From IMG/VR virus record IMGVR_UViG_3300009157_000021, positions 4,302-68,301 of that record: 64,000 nucleotides of DNA. The stretch is one strand, 5' to 3'. The notes beneath the pieces were generated by a model, which saw only the letters and a list, made by a program, of their open reading frames with translations, did no database searches and was not told the origin of the DNA. Source of the stretch: a virus. The position numbers and the translations under genes were made by a program. Positions 9,642 to 19,808 of the stretch are shown piece after piece. The stretch's first letter is position 1, and every line of letters starts with the position of its first letter.

Positions 9642-10589
9642 TCAGAACGGCGACTTGTGTCCCCTGAGATATTGCTCGTTGCTGTAGATCGGGTCTTCGG
9701 GGTCTCTGATTCGATCCTGTCTGATGACATCGACGATCTGCTTGATGCCGCGGTCGATGTTCCACCGGGGCTTCCAGCCATGGGCCGCCCACTTGTCCGT
9801 CTTAACCCGGTAGTTGCGAAGATCCTCGAACTTCATATCGACCTTCTCGACCTTGCAACCCGGCACGATTCGCTGAATCGCATCGGCGATCTCGTGAATC
9901 TGTCTGTTCTCACTGGCCAGGTTGTACAGGCCGGAGATTCCATGGTCAAGACCGTGCTCCATGGCCTTACAGACATCTCTGACGTGCAACAGCGGCCTCC
10001 ACTGTTCACCGCCGTTGACCCGCAGCGTCTCACCCTTGGCGGCCTTCTTCGCCAGAATGTTGACAACGAGATCAAGACGGATGCGGCTGTGCTCGTCGCC
10101 CAGACCGTACAGGGTGCCAAGGCGGAACACCAGAGCATCGGGCCGATTGGTTACGATGTACTGCTCGGCGGCAAGCTTGGTCTCGCCGTAGATCGACAGC
10201 GGCCGGGGCTCAGCCGTCTCGTCGATCAGATCGTTGTTGACGCCGTACACCGAGCAGGTGGACGGGAACACGATCCGACCATCGTAGTGATCAACCATCC
10301 ACTTGGTGGCGTCCTCGTTGATGGCTCGTGTTATGAACCGATCGGCGGCACACGCACCATCGCCGACGACAGCAGCGAGCCAAACGACGGCCTCGTACTG
10401 TGGCAGGATCTTGGCGAGCTTCTCGTAGTCCCGCACGTCGCCACGAATGAACGACACTTCTTTCAGAAATCGAGCCTCGTACGCGAGAGCATCATAGACC
10501 GTCACGTCATATTGGAGCGCCCTCAGATAATCGGTCAGGTAACCACCGACGTAACCAGCGCCACCAACGATCAGAACCTTCATTCTCAT
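9642..10589 (-). CDS. NAD-dependent nucleotide-sugar epimerase/dehydratase (extended SDR)
   Basis: GGAGYVG, STCSVYG, YGETK, RPLLHVRD. Confidence 0.9.
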   Translation of the reverse strand: MRMKVLIVGGAGYVGGYLTDYLRALQYDVTVYDALAYEARFLKEVSFIRGDVRDYEKLAKILPQYEAVVWLAAVVGDGACAADRFITRAINEDATKWMVDHYDGRIVFPSTCSVYGVNNDLIDETAEPRPLSIYGETKLAAEQYIVTNRPDALVFRLGTLYGLGDEHSRIRLDLVVNILAKKAAKGETLRVNGGEQWRPLLHVRDVCKAMEHGLDHGISGLYNLASENRQIHEIADAIQRIVPGCKVEKVDMKFEDLRNYRVKTDKWAAHGWKPRWNIDRGIKQIVDVIRQDRIRDPEDPIYSNEQYLRGHKSPF

Positions 10590-11125
10590 TTGACTGCCTC
10601 CACATAAAGCGACGTACCGGCATGGCCAGGGTTGTCACAACCATCAAAGTCCTGGTAGTGAAGTCCAAAGCCCATGCGTTGAATACCACGGAATCCGACC
10701 CTGCGAAGCAGATCGGCCATCGAATACCAGTTGAAGCCGAAGACGTGATTCATGCAGACATTGCCGTCCTTGTCGAGCGTCGGATTGAACCACCAACCCA
10801 TACAACCGGCAAGACGACCCGGACAACCGTCGCCGCGATGCAGGATGTAGTCGTCGATAGCGATGTCCATGTTCGGCACCACGACCCGGATTCTGGCGTT
10901 TGGCTTCATCACCCGATACATCTCCGAGACTACGAAGTCGTGCCGCCACGGCCAAATGTGCTCGATGACGTGCGAGCAGTAAACGGCGTCGGTGACATTC
11001 TCACCCCATGGCAGGGGCGTCGTCGAGATGTCCTGCTGCACGTCGGCACCGGCGAGAAGATCGACGCACGTCCAGCCGGACGGGAACCGTGTGATTGTCT
11101 GCTGTCCACCGATGTTCAGTTTCAT
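10586..11125 (-). CDS. Class I SAM-dependent methyltransferase (short type)
   Basis: KLNIGG, SHVIEH, YRVMKPNA, VVPN; ATG 11125 overlaps the upstream stop. Confidence 0.8.
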   Translation of the reverse strand: MKLNIGGQQTITRFPSGWTCVDLLAGADVQQDISTTPLPWGENVTDAVYCSHVIEHIWPWRHDFVVSEMYRVMKPNARIRVVVPNMDIAIDDYILHRGDGCPGRLAGCMGWWFNPTLDKDGNVCMNHVFGFNWYSMADLLRRVGFRGIQRMGFGLHYQDFDGCDNPGHAGTSLYVEAVK

Positions 11126-11640
11126 ACCCACACCCACCAATCATCGACGCTCTCCGTCGGATTGCGACCGTGTTCGAGCTTCCAACCATAGGTCGCAGCC
11201 GAGTCGATTACGGCCTGCACGACGCCTGGCCACACGTCGCAGAAATCATGACCGGCGAGCAGGCCACCCTTACGGACCTTTGGCAGCCACGTTCTGATGT
11301 CCTCGATCACCGATTCGTACTGATGACACGCATCGATGTACACGAAGTCAAGCTCGTCACTGACCTGTCTGGCGGCCTGAACCGACGGCATGCGAAAGAC
11401 CTCCACGGGATCATCGAACCGGCCAAGCACATACTGATAGTTGGCCTCACAGATGGCCTCGTCCCAGACCGGCTTACCCTCCTGCACGAACGGACGCCAG
11501 ATATCGACAAGCGCCAAGTATTCGATGTCCAGCATGTGCAAGATATCGGCGGCGTTGTCACCGCGTTCGACGCCGATCTCTGCTCCGCAGATGGCGTGAC
11601 CAGCCAGACCCTCACGCAGCGTATAGATGAACTGCCTCAT
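11122..11640 (-). CDS. Class I SAM-dependent O-methyltransferase (Methyltransf_24-like)
   Basis: AEIGVERG, DFVYIDACHQYE, GGLLAGHDF. Confidence 0.85.
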   Translation of the reverse strand: MRQFIYTLREGLAGHAICGAEIGVERGDNAADILHMLDIEYLALVDIWRPFVQEGKPVWDEAICEANYQYVLGRFDDPVEVFRMPSVQAARQVSDELDFVYIDACHQYESVIEDIRTWLPKVRKGGLLAGHDFCDVWPGVVQAVIDSAATYGWKLEHGRNPTESVDDWWVWV

Positions 11641-12485
11641 CCGAGCCTCCTGAATAGGTCCTCAAGGTCGGGAATGTTGCCGATTCTGCAGGTCTTCACC
11701 CACTCGCGAGCACGGCCAACCATATCCTCGTATCGATCCTTCGGGAAGTTCTCAAGATCCCGCGTCAACCGATCATAGTCTCGACCTGCCTTGAGTGCTG
11801 GCCAGTAAATGCGAAAGTCGATAAATAGGTCGGTCGGTATGTACCGCTCAATGTCGTATGCACCCATATAAATCGGGATGGTACCAGCACGAAAACAGTT
11901 GAGAATCCGCTCGGTCACGAAGCCCCTGGACCAAAACTGATGCCACGAGGACTCCAGGACCACGCAGAACTTGTACTCGCTGATCTTACGCAGGTGGTTC
12001 GGATGGCTGTGGTGGTACGGAGAATCAACCGCACCCTGATACATTTCACCGCCCCATCTGCGAGTACACCACACGTGTCGGGCAAGCGTCCCACCAATGT
12101 TCTGCATGATCTCGTTTCGGAGCCAGTAGATGTCACCAACCTTACCGGTACCGTACAGGTTGTTGAGAATACAGACACCATGAATCTTGTTGTCCCATGG
12201 CACCGGCTCGTCGAGGATTCCAGGTGCATTGCAGCCGAGCACACCATGAACGAGCTTCATGTTCAGAACAGCCCGATAGTTCTCGTAGAAACTCGGGTTC
12301 CACGTAACCACCGTACCATACTGCCTGAGAACGTTGATGTCCCAGTTCTCCTGCATGCCAATCAGGGGCTCGCCCTGGTAAAGATGACGAAAGCCCCTAT
12401 CAGCCGTGTTCATCCCGCCGTTGAAGTTCTTGTAGTTGAACGCTACGTGCGGGTGATCCTGTTGTAATCTTAGCCACTCGTCCAT
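11637..12485 (-). CDS. GT10 (alpha-1,3-fucosyltransferase-like) glycosyltransferase
   Basis: YKFCVVLESS...GFVTERI...AGTIPIYMGA matches the GT10 signature. Confidence 0.75.
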   Translation of the reverse strand: MDEWLRLQQDHPHVAFNYKNFNGGMNTADRGFRHLYQGEPLIGMQENWDINVLRQYGTVVTWNPSFYENYRAVLNMKLVHGVLGCNAPGILDEPVPWDNKIHGVCILNNLYGTGKVGDIYWLRNEIMQNIGGTLARHVWCTRRWGGEMYQGAVDSPYHHSHPNHLRKISEYKFCVVLESSWHQFWSRGFVTERILNCFRAGTIPIYMGAYDIERYIPTDLFIDFRIYWPALKAGRDYDRLTRDLENFPKDRYEDMVGRAREWVKTCRIGNIPDLEDLFRRLG

Positions 12486-12486
12486 T

Positions 12487-13179
12487 TTACACCGCGGTGA
12501 CCTCGAAGGCCCGTTGATTCACGTCGTTGAGAGCGACCAGCTTGACCTGCACGGCCGGATTCTGCTTGGACCACTCTTCCCAAGCCAGATGCTCGCCCCA
12601 CTTCGGTGCACCCTTACCAACGTCGATCGGGTCGAGCCAGTCGTCGAAGTAGATGACCGTGCCGACCTGCAACAGCGGCCGGATGAACCGCAGCACTTCC
12701 ATCGTCGAACTGTGGATATCCACATCGATGTTGACGAAGATCAGGTCCTTGATGAGTTGCTGCAGATTGCTCGTCAAGCTCTTCTCGAAGAAACCATCGA
12801 CCAGCTTGAACTGCTCGCCGATCACGGCACCGATCTCATCCATGCGGGCCAGAACGTTGGCCTTCGGCGACGAAAAGGCACCCTCCTTGTGGCGCTCCGG
12901 TGCCCAAACACCGGTCGTCTCCTTCGGCAGACCCATCCAGCTATCGAACCCGATCAGCTTGTCGTTCGGGTACCGATTCATGATCTGCAGCACTTGCCAC
13001 ATCCACGAGTGACCCCAACAGACCCCGAACTCAAGGCACGTACCACCATTGGGGAACGTCTCGTGAGCGTGCACGAATCCATCCTTCAACGGGGCCGGCA
13101 CACCTAATGTATCGAGCGTTGACAAGTAAGGCACCTTTCCGATGTTGTCCACGATATTCTTTCGGACGTTCAGCGACAT
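12487..13179 (-). CDS. TylF/MycF-type sugar O-methyltransferase
   Basis: LEFGVCWG, GFDSWMGLP, GFFEKSL, VNIDVDIHSS, YFDDW. Confidence 0.8.
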   Translation of the reverse strand: MSLNVRKNIVDNIGKVPYLSTLDTLGVPAPLKDGFVHAHETFPNGGTCLEFGVCWGHSWMWQVLQIMNRYPNDKLIGFDSWMGLPKETTGVWAPERHKEGAFSSPKANVLARMDEIGAVIGEQFKLVDGFFEKSLTSNLQQLIKDLIFVNIDVDIHSSTMEVLRFIRPLLQVGTVIYFDDWLDPIDVGKGAPKWGEHLAWEEWSKQNPAVQVKLVALNDVNQRAFEVTAV

Positions 13180-13182
13180 TCG

Positions 13183-14022
13183 TTACTCTCCTTCACCCCA
13201 ACCGCTGTCGTTGCGGCGGGCTACATCTGGATTCTTTGACCTGAAAACATCGCACATAACATTGAGCATCCTCCGATTGACGGTGCTCGGGTGATTCAGA
13301 TGAACAGCGTAACAGTTATAGTCCGGCTGAATCTCGACGCCGAGAGCGCTCAGACGGAGGTACATATCAACGTCCTCCCAACCGTAATACCGGTAACTCT
13401 CGTCGTAACCGTTCATCATTCGCAGCCACTCGGTCTTGACACAGTACGCGTAGTGGTAGTACGAAATGAAGTTGACCTGTCCGTTGCGGCGGAGCAGGTA
13501 ATCCTTGACGATCTTTGCGTCCATGCACGGCACCACCGGCTCGATCTCTCGACTGATCTGCTCCAGTGGCACACCCAGCCGACCGTTCAGATAGTTCTCT
13601 GTCTGCAGGCCGTTCAGCGCCACGGCGTAACCGGGCCGCCAGCCGACGTCCATGATTCCGAGACAGTAATCAAGAGCGTTATGAATAAAGTCTCCCTCGA
13701 TACAGACCTCGCCATCCTTCTGCAGAAACAGCCGCGATTGACACCGCTTAATGACGTAATTACGAATGAACGCACCGTTGCGAGGCTGCTTGTCATCGCG
13801 AAGCAGCGTGATCGACGCGACGTTCTGTGTACGAAGGTGGTTCCATTCGTCCTCAACGTTGTCGTTGCCAATCAGGACCATCCAGTGTTTATGCTCAACC
13901 GCCGTCTGGATCCGTTGAATACTGGCCTCGGTCAGATGCCTGCCGTTGTAATTCGGCATGAAGATGACGAGTTCCTTGTCAGTCGCGGACCAGTCAAAGT
14001 TCTGTTTTACCGTGATACTCAT
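13183..14022 (-). CDS. GT2/GT7-like glycosyltransferase
   Basis: MPNYN N-terminus, RN, KDGE, NGYDESYRYYGWEDVD, HLNH. Confidence 0.8.
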   Translation of the reverse strand: MSITVKQNFDWSATDKELVIFMPNYNGRHLTEASIQRIQTAVEHKHWMVLIGNDNVEDEWNHLRTQNVASITLLRDDKQPRNGAFIRNYVIKRCQSRLFLQKDGEVCIEGDFIHNALDYCLGIMDVGWRPGYAVALNGLQTENYLNGRLGVPLEQISREIEPVVPCMDAKIVKDYLLRRNGQVNFISYYHYAYCVKTEWLRMMNGYDESYRYYGWEDVDMYLRLSALGVEIQPDYNCYAVHLNHPSTVNRRMLNVMCDVFRSKNPDVARRNDSGWGEGE

Positions 14023-14876
14023 ACCGGTATGTTCCTATTGACCCGGTCAATCAACCAGGTCACGATGTTTTGGTTCGGGTCAAGCGTTCTCTCGGTGACC
14101 TTGTTCTGCATCTCGCCAGCCAGCGGATGACCACAGTACCAGTGCCAGCCGATGACGCCGGGACGAAGATGTTCAATATAATGCTGCAGCGGGCCAAGCA
14201 GCATACCCGGCACCGCCCTTGACGGGTAAACGGTTTCCATCGGAATGTTGAAGATGTCCGGCAGCCGATCGATGTTGTCGTCGTTCAGCAGCGTCTTGTA
14301 GTAGGTCGAGCCCACGCTCTGATACTGCGTCGTGTTCAGGACCTTGCCGACGCCGGAGAATAACTGCGTGAAGTGCACATTGCCCGGGGCTCCCATCATG
14401 AAGCCGATTGAGTGGTACCGCGGCCCGTTCTTCGGTGTGTTCTCCTGGGTTGGACCACCGCGACGGAAGCAGAAGAACGCGTTGTGATCGGTCTGCGGCA
14501 GAACGCTAACAAGCGGCCGGAAGTAGATGATGTCACTGTCCGACCAGAGCCCACCAACGGTCGCAAGCAGGTGCAGCCGAATGATGTCCGATTTCAGGAC
14601 CTCCGGTAACGTGTTAGGAAAGCCGAGTGCCTCCATATCAAACTTGCAGACCTCAACACCAAGATCCCTCAACCGATCGGAATAGTCCTCGGTGTTCACG
14701 ACCTGCTTGTTCTCACAAGTAGTCCACGTCTGAGTCGTCGTCAGTTGGGCCGGTGTATAAAGGACGAGCTTCCAATCGGGGTTGAACTGCTTGAACGACT
14801 TAAAGCACATGTACCGCACGTACGGCAACATTGGTGCTCCCCAGTAGAAAAACGCCACCTTTGGGATTCGTCTCAT
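14019..14876 (-). CDS. GT32-like (DxD) glycosyltransferase
   Basis: IPKVAFFYW, NPDW, KSDIIRL...GGLWSDSD. Confidence 0.8.
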   Translation of the reverse strand: MRRIPKVAFFYWGAPMLPYVRYMCFKSFKQFNPDWKLVLYTPAQLTTTQTWTTCENKQVVNTEDYSDRLRDLGVEVCKFDMEALGFPNTLPEVLKSDIIRLHLLATVGGLWSDSDIIYFRPLVSVLPQTDHNAFFCFRRGGPTQENTPKNGPRYHSIGFMMGAPGNVHFTQLFSGVGKVLNTTQYQSVGSTYYKTLLNDDNIDRLPDIFNIPMETVYPSRAVPGMLLGPLQHYIEHLRPGVIGWHWYCGHPLAGEMQNKVTERTLDPNQNIVTWLIDRVNRNIPV

Positions 14877-15694
14877 AGACATCCAACCTTATAGTTCTGT
14901 GATTTCATTGTCACGTTTTCGTAGAGCCATTTATTGGCGTGCCACTGAGGACACGCACCGCGAAGCGGACCCTTTTCGTGCCACTGATGTACGACAAACC
15001 CGTGCTCCGGACCAACTATGATCCCTTCCAAACCCTTCTTTAGGATCCGATGAAGTAGCTCATTATCGTCCCAACAGTAGCCATCCGCATACCTTTCGTC
15101 AAAACCACCCAGATCGAGGAGGTTCTCGTGAGTGATGCACGAGCAGAAGTGATAACGAACTGGGTGGAGTTTCGGATGATTGAACCAGACCTCCGGTGGC
15201 TTGTCGGGTCTGACGTTCGTGGTCGTTTCCATATGAAGCCATCGGGTGATAGATCCATCGAGCAGGTCGTTGGGCCAATCCTGATGAAGCATCGCTCGCA
15301 GGCTATTGAACTCGTCCCGGGTCGAACTGTAACAGGAGAACGTCAGGTACCGGTTTGGCGTCGTGTACTCGCGGGCCCACGCGATGACGTTGCCAATATG
15401 AAGACACTCCGGATTCTGAATCATAACAAGTCGACCGGTCGCGTGCCGGAAGCCCACGTTGTAGGGCACGCACGGGTTGATCCACGTCTTGTCAGCCTTG
15501 GAAATCGTCAGGACCTTTATGTCCATGGAACTGAACTTGCGGGCGACGAGATCGGCAGTCCGGCCTTCGTCACTCGCGTCGTCCACCACAATGATCTCGA
15601 TGTCATCGGTGTACTGACGACGAATCGTTCGCAGCGCCAACTCTAACTGCTCGGTTCGATTGTGATAAGCCATGACAATCGATAGCTCTTTCAT
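14873..15694 (-). CDS. GT2/GT7-like glycosyltransferase
   Basis: SIVMAYHNR, VVDDAS, GGFDERY...WDDNE, HQWH; start trimmed to MKELSIV. Confidence 0.85.
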   Translation of the reverse strand: MKELSIVMAYHNRTEQLELALRTIRRQYTDDIEIIVVDDASDEGRTADLVARKFSSMDIKVLTISKADKTWINPCVPYNVGFRHATGRLVMIQNPECLHIGNVIAWAREYTTPNRYLTFSCYSSTRDEFNSLRAMLHQDWPNDLLDGSITRWLHMETTTNVRPDKPPEVWFNHPKLHPVRYHFCSCITHENLLDLGGFDERYADGYCWDDNELLHRILKKGLEGIIVGPEHGFVVHQWHEKGPLRGACPQWHANKWLYENVTMKSQNYKVGCL

Positions 15695-16455
15695 AGCACC
15701 TTGCCGATCTCGGCGTATGGTATCCACCGATTGAGTTTGCTGATCTTGCTGCAACTGAGGATCGTCAACCCGGAGGCGTGTGCCTGGGCCAGCATTTCCG
15801 GATACGGAGTAAGGAACTCGTCGAGCTTTGCCTTGAGTTCGTTGCCCCTGCTCCTCGGCGCTTTGGTGTGAAAATGCGTCCTCGTTTCTAGCTTGACCGC
15901 GGTCGTCAGTGGCCTATACATGCCGTGGGTCGTACGGACCGTTGCACCCGGCATCCCTGTGATGGTTGATGTCGCGTCCTCGACCGCGAAATCAAGACCG
16001 AGCAGACAGATTTGCTTGTAGCCCAACGCGGCAGCGAGTTGAATCGCCGCATAACCGCTATCGCTACCCGATCGGAAGTTGTCAAACGTCCCACCGAAGC
16101 CACCGTAACCGCTGGTGTAGATCACCCGATCGAACGGTCTCAGATCGTACTTGACGCCGTGTAGCTTGTCCTCGACCCCATGCTCAATGATGCCAAGACG
16201 GTCACCACCGAACGAGACCAGGAAGAATCGTCGCATGTTGCGATTGAAGAAAGCCGTGTCCTTCTGGCCCTGAATCTTACCGTACTGAATGTGATGCTTG
16301 AACAGCCACGTATAGTCCATCGTAATGAAGTAGGTAGGAGATGGCGTGCAGAACACGCTGTCATTCACAACAATCGTGTCGTGATTACGCAGCCTGTTAA
16401 AATCGAAGCCGAACAGCGACGGGCCGCCGCCGACCACGAGGACCTTCTCTCTCAT
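15691..16455 (-). CDS. Maf/DUF115-like (GT29-fold) putative glycosyltransferase
   Basis: VGGGPSL, VN, TMD, SG..AIQLA..LGYKQICLLGLDF, HF. Confidence 0.65.
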   Translation of the reverse strand: MREKVLVVGGGPSLFGFDFNRLRNHDTIVVNDSVFCTPSPTYFITMDYTWLFKHHIQYGKIQGQKDTAFFNRNMRRFFLVSFGGDRLGIIEHGVEDKLHGVKYDLRPFDRVIYTSGYGGFGGTFDNFRSGSDSGYAAIQLAAALGYKQICLLGLDFAVEDATSTITGMPGATVRTTHGMYRPLTTAVKLETRTHFHTKAPRSRGNELKAKLDEFLTPYPEMLAQAHASGLTILSCSKISKLNRWIPYAEIGKVL

Positions 16456-16469
16456 TGCATTGCCTCGTA

Positions 16470-17249
16470 CTACAACCTGGCAAACTCATCCATGGTTACC
16501 TTCGGGAAACAGTTCAGAGCACTGCCCCGATAGAGGTTGTATACCTGTATATCGTGTTGTCGTATTGAATCCGCGAACTCTTCGAACTCTTCCCGGAAGG
16601 CATCCAGCTTGACCTGCATTGACCTAAGCTCCTCGTCGATGTCTCGGTGCTGCTGGTGCCAATAACCCTCGTGCCAGTGTGTCCTCTTCTGCTCAGTGTC
16701 AACCTTCATGTCGTAGCCGAGCAGACCTATCTTAGTGCAACCCAATGCTATGGCAAGCATCAGGGCACCAAAACCACTGTTCTTGCCACCATAAATCCCG
16801 ACCGTGAGATCGAAACTGATAGCCTTCTGCGTCACGTTCTCGACGAGATAGACACTGGGGCCGAATTTGTCCTGCGGGTCCACCCTCAGGAACACCCTGA
16901 TCCCGGCGAATGCAGCCCACTTCTGGCGAAGATCCGCATTCTTTGGATCCGCCTTCTGCGGATAGGTTATCTCGTCGAAGAATCGCTTGTCCATTGCGTA
17001 GTTGACGTTGACCGGATAATCCTGGAACGCCTTGTTGATGCCGATTTTGAGGCCGATCGGCATTTGATCGAACCTCATTCCCTTCATACTCGGCCCACCG
17101 CCGAGTATCATTACTTTCTGTCCCGACCAGCACCCCGATTGAAGGATCTCCGATACGTTCTTCTCGGTGTGAACCGTCGCGACCGGGATCGAATGACCGT
17201 TGACCCCGGCAATCTTGCTTCTATGTGCGTGATTTATGAGGATGCCCAT
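16470..17249 (-). CDS. Maf/DUF115-like putative glycosyltransferase (paralog of 15691..16455)
   Basis: LGGGPSM, IN, AMD, NSG..ALMLA..LGCTKIGLLGYDM, HWH. Confidence 0.65.
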   Translation of the reverse strand: MGILINHAHRSKIAGVNGHSIPVATVHTEKNVSEILQSGCWSGQKVMILGGGPSMKGMRFDQMPIGLKIGINKAFQDYPVNVNYAMDKRFFDEITYPQKADPKNADLRQKWAAFAGIRVFLRVDPQDKFGPSVYLVENVTQKAISFDLTVGIYGGKNSGFGALMLAIALGCTKIGLLGYDMKVDTEQKRTHWHEGYWHQQHRDIDEELRSMQVKLDAFREEFEEFADSIRQHDIQVYNLYRGSALNCFPKVTMDEFARL

Positions 17250-17250
17250 G

Positions 17251-18534
17251 CTACGAAACGAACTTCACGTTGGTTCCATCAACGATGTCGCCAAGGATGT
17301 TTAGGTATGCCTCTCCACCCTGGTCGGCAAATACCACATCAATCACGTGCTGACCGTTGGTCAGATTGAGAGCGATGTTCAACGGGGCGTTGGTCGTGTT
17401 GAACACGCTGGTACGCTGGAAGACCAGGACGTTGTCCACGTAGACGTATACCCAGTTATCGACGGCGAACAGTTTCAGGTTCTTGGTGTTGGAACCGACG
17501 CTGTTGACCGTCATCCGAAGCCTGACCGAGTTGTTGTAGAGCCAATAGCTGTCGTAGTAGGCCCACGTGCCGCCGAAGGAACCGAACGACGGAACGCTGA
17601 ACGTCACGACGGGGCTGACGAATTGGCCGGGTGTCGTGTAGTTGTTGGCGTCACATACATCAACGTTCCACTTCGGCAGCAGACCCTGTATTCTGGCTTC
17701 GAGCCTACCGGTCGTCGCGTTGAACTGGACCGTCTGGTTGTCCGGTATTACGTTGCGAGAGACGAACGTTCGCACGTCTCGGATTCTCGACTGCGGGATG
17801 CCGGTATCGCCGTTGATCACGGTGACCTCGGCAATGACCAGGCGACCACCATAACTTGGTGCGGTTGGGGTGACAGCCGGTGTCCCCTGGAGAACCTGCG
17901 GAACGCCGCTGTCGTCAATGTAAATCAGGTCGATGCGGGAGTACGGGGCAACAGGGGCCACAAACGGTCCGACGCTGTACTCCTGGATATTCGTATAGCC
18001 GCTGCCGGTGTGAACACGGCCGGATCGAACGAGCACGTACATGAAGTTTGTACCGTTGCCCTCCTGTCTTGGCCGGAACCACTGGCTCGCAACCGGCAGG
18101 ATAGTCCGCTCGCTGTAGTCGAACCCGGTGATCACCGTACCGCTGAACACGACCCTGCCGACGATGATATCGTTGGCCTGGGCAGCGGAGACCGACGACA
18201 GCATGTGAATTTCCATATAGTTAATCTGGGTCGCGGTGTAAGCCCATCGAAGAGCGATGTACGGTGTTGCCGGCGACAGAGCGCCGGAGTCGACCGTATC
18301 GTTTCGAATATAGGCGTATGCCGACGTCTCGACCCTCACCTGCACGTTATCATCGCCGATCTCGACGGTGGCAGCGGTCATCTTGACCTCGGTATCGTCC
18401 GTCCTCTCAAGGTAACCGCCGTCGTAGATCCCGCGTGCAATGATGTCCTTCAACCGAACGTTGCGGTTGTTGGCGGTGACCTCTTCGTAATACTTGTGCG
18501 AAACCGTCTGAGTTCCGTGATTTGTCGAGCCCAT
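17251..18534 (-). CDS. Putative tail fibre/receptor-binding protein with PA14-like C-terminus
   Basis: Follows baseplate genes; RIDLIY...G.P...P.AP anchor motif; C-terminal VDNWVYVYVDN...GQHVIDVVFADQGG. Confidence 0.65.
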   Translation of the reverse strand: MGSTNHGTQTVSHKYYEEVTANNRNVRLKDIIARGIYDGGYLERTDDTEVKMTAATVEIGDDNVQVRVETSAYAYIRNDTVDSGALSPATPYIALRWAYTATQINYMEIHMLSSVSAAQANDIIVGRVVFSGTVITGFDYSERTILPVASQWFRPRQEGNGTNFMYVLVRSGRVHTGSGYTNIQEYSVGPFVAPVAPYSRIDLIYIDDSGVPQVLQGTPAVTPTAPSYGGRLVIAEVTVINGDTGIPQSRIRDVRTFVSRNVIPDNQTVQFNATTGRLEARIQGLLPKWNVDVCDANNYTTPGQFVSPVVTFSVPSFGSFGGTWAYYDSYWLYNNSVRLRMTVNSVGSNTKNLKLFAVDNWVYVYVDNVLVFQRTSVFNTTNAPLNIALNLTNGQHVIDVVFADQGGEAYLNILGDIVDGTNVKFVS

Positions 18535-18542
18535 ATCAAACC

Positions 18543-19787
18543 TTATTCAGCCCAGATGTTGGTTGTAGCGTAAAGAACGTGACCGTACTGACCGGCCGCG
18601 TCCCTGGTCTTGACCTCCAGTTGCACCGTACTCTGAACGGACGGTAGAAACAGGAAGGTCCCGGACAGAGTGACGAGGGCATCCCCGTCCTTGGCCTCCA
18701 CCTTCGTCATCGACTGATTATACTCGTCGTCGGCGAACCACCAGGTGATGTCGCCGGTTAGGACTCTCCATCTGGCCTCAAAAATCGGAGTGCTGGACAG
18801 CGCCCCGAAAACCACCGAGTAGCTGAGCTTGTATAGCTTACTGGCGGGCAACGTGTACACACCGGAGACGACCGGCCCGATACCGGAATATTTGACCGTT
18901 CCCTGTGCCGAGACCTTCGTCCATGTTGAAAGATTGACAAGCTGGCTACCAATCGTTCGGGCCATGTTGTAAACCGGGTCCCTGGTCTTCAAGTTGCCCG
19001 ACCCATCGGTTAGTATTGTCACGCCATCCGGGCTCGGGGCGTGACCGGTGACAAAGGGACGCACGTCCTTAATGTCGTCCGTAGTGATCGTTGTCGCACC
19101 GGCAGCAAGCGTAATCTCAGCGAGAACCAGCTTGCCGGCGTAATCGGGAGCAACCGGATTCACGCCCGGCGTGCCGGTGCTGTCGATTCGCACCGTGCCA
19201 TCGGTATCAACGTAGACCAGGTAGACCTGACTGTTCGCAAGGGGCGGGGTAACAGCGTCACTCTTCTGATCCGGCACCTGAACGGAGGCCGCGGACGTTT
19301 GGTAATAACCACCGCGGATTCTCACCCGCAGTTCGTTATCACCGGTCGGCTCGACCTTCAAGTATTGATCGTGCGTGCTCGGATTCGATCGTTCACTGTA
19401 GTCGAAGCCGTTCAGCGCCCCACCACCGGCGAACGTGCACCTACCGAGAATCAGATCGTTGGCGTTCGGGCTGGCGACGGCCATCAGCTCCATGTAGTCG
19501 GCGGTAGTCCCACCGTAAGCCCATCTCAGGACGAGGTACGGCGTCGAACTGTTGACCGTTATGTTGACCGTGTCGCCGGTCGAGATCCTCACCTGGTACG
19601 TACCATCGGTGATTTCGCAAACGAGCGCCGAGATTCGTGCGGTCGTCGCGTTGACCACCGTGAGCCACCCACCGGTGTAAATGCCGACCTGACGGACGTT
19701 CAACTGTCTCTTATTCCAGGTGCCGGAGTTGGCCACCGAGTGGAAGAAGACCGATACCGTCTGGTTACCAATGTTCGTGGGCATCAA
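18543..19787 (-). CDS. Putative tail fibre/receptor-binding protein (paralog of 17251..18534)
   Basis: Shares N-terminal ~250 aa (GIY.GG.L, PY..LRWAY, GFDYSER, DVR.FV); distinct beta-rich C-terminus. Confidence 0.65.
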   Translation of the reverse strand: MMPTNIGNQTVSVFFHSVANSGTWNKRQLNVRQVGIYTGGWLTVVNATTARISALVCEITDGTYQVRISTGDTVNITVNSSTPYLVLRWAYGGTTADYMELMAVASPNANDLILGRCTFAGGGALNGFDYSERSNPSTHDQYLKVEPTGDNELRVRIRGGYYQTSAASVQVPDQKSDAVTPPLANSQVYLVYVDTDGTVRIDSTGTPGVNPVAPDYAGKLVLAEITLAAGATTITTDDIKDVRPFVTGHAPSPDGVTILTDGSGNLKTRDPVYNMARTIGSQLVNLSTWTKVSAQGTVKYSGIGPVVSGVYTLPASKLYKLSYSVVFGALSSTPIFEARWRVLTGDITWWFADDEYNQSMTKVEAKDGDALVTLSGTFLFLPSVQSTVQLEVKTRDAAGQYGHVLYATTNIWAE

Positions 19788-19808
19788 AACCTCCTATCGA
19801 ACATAAAA

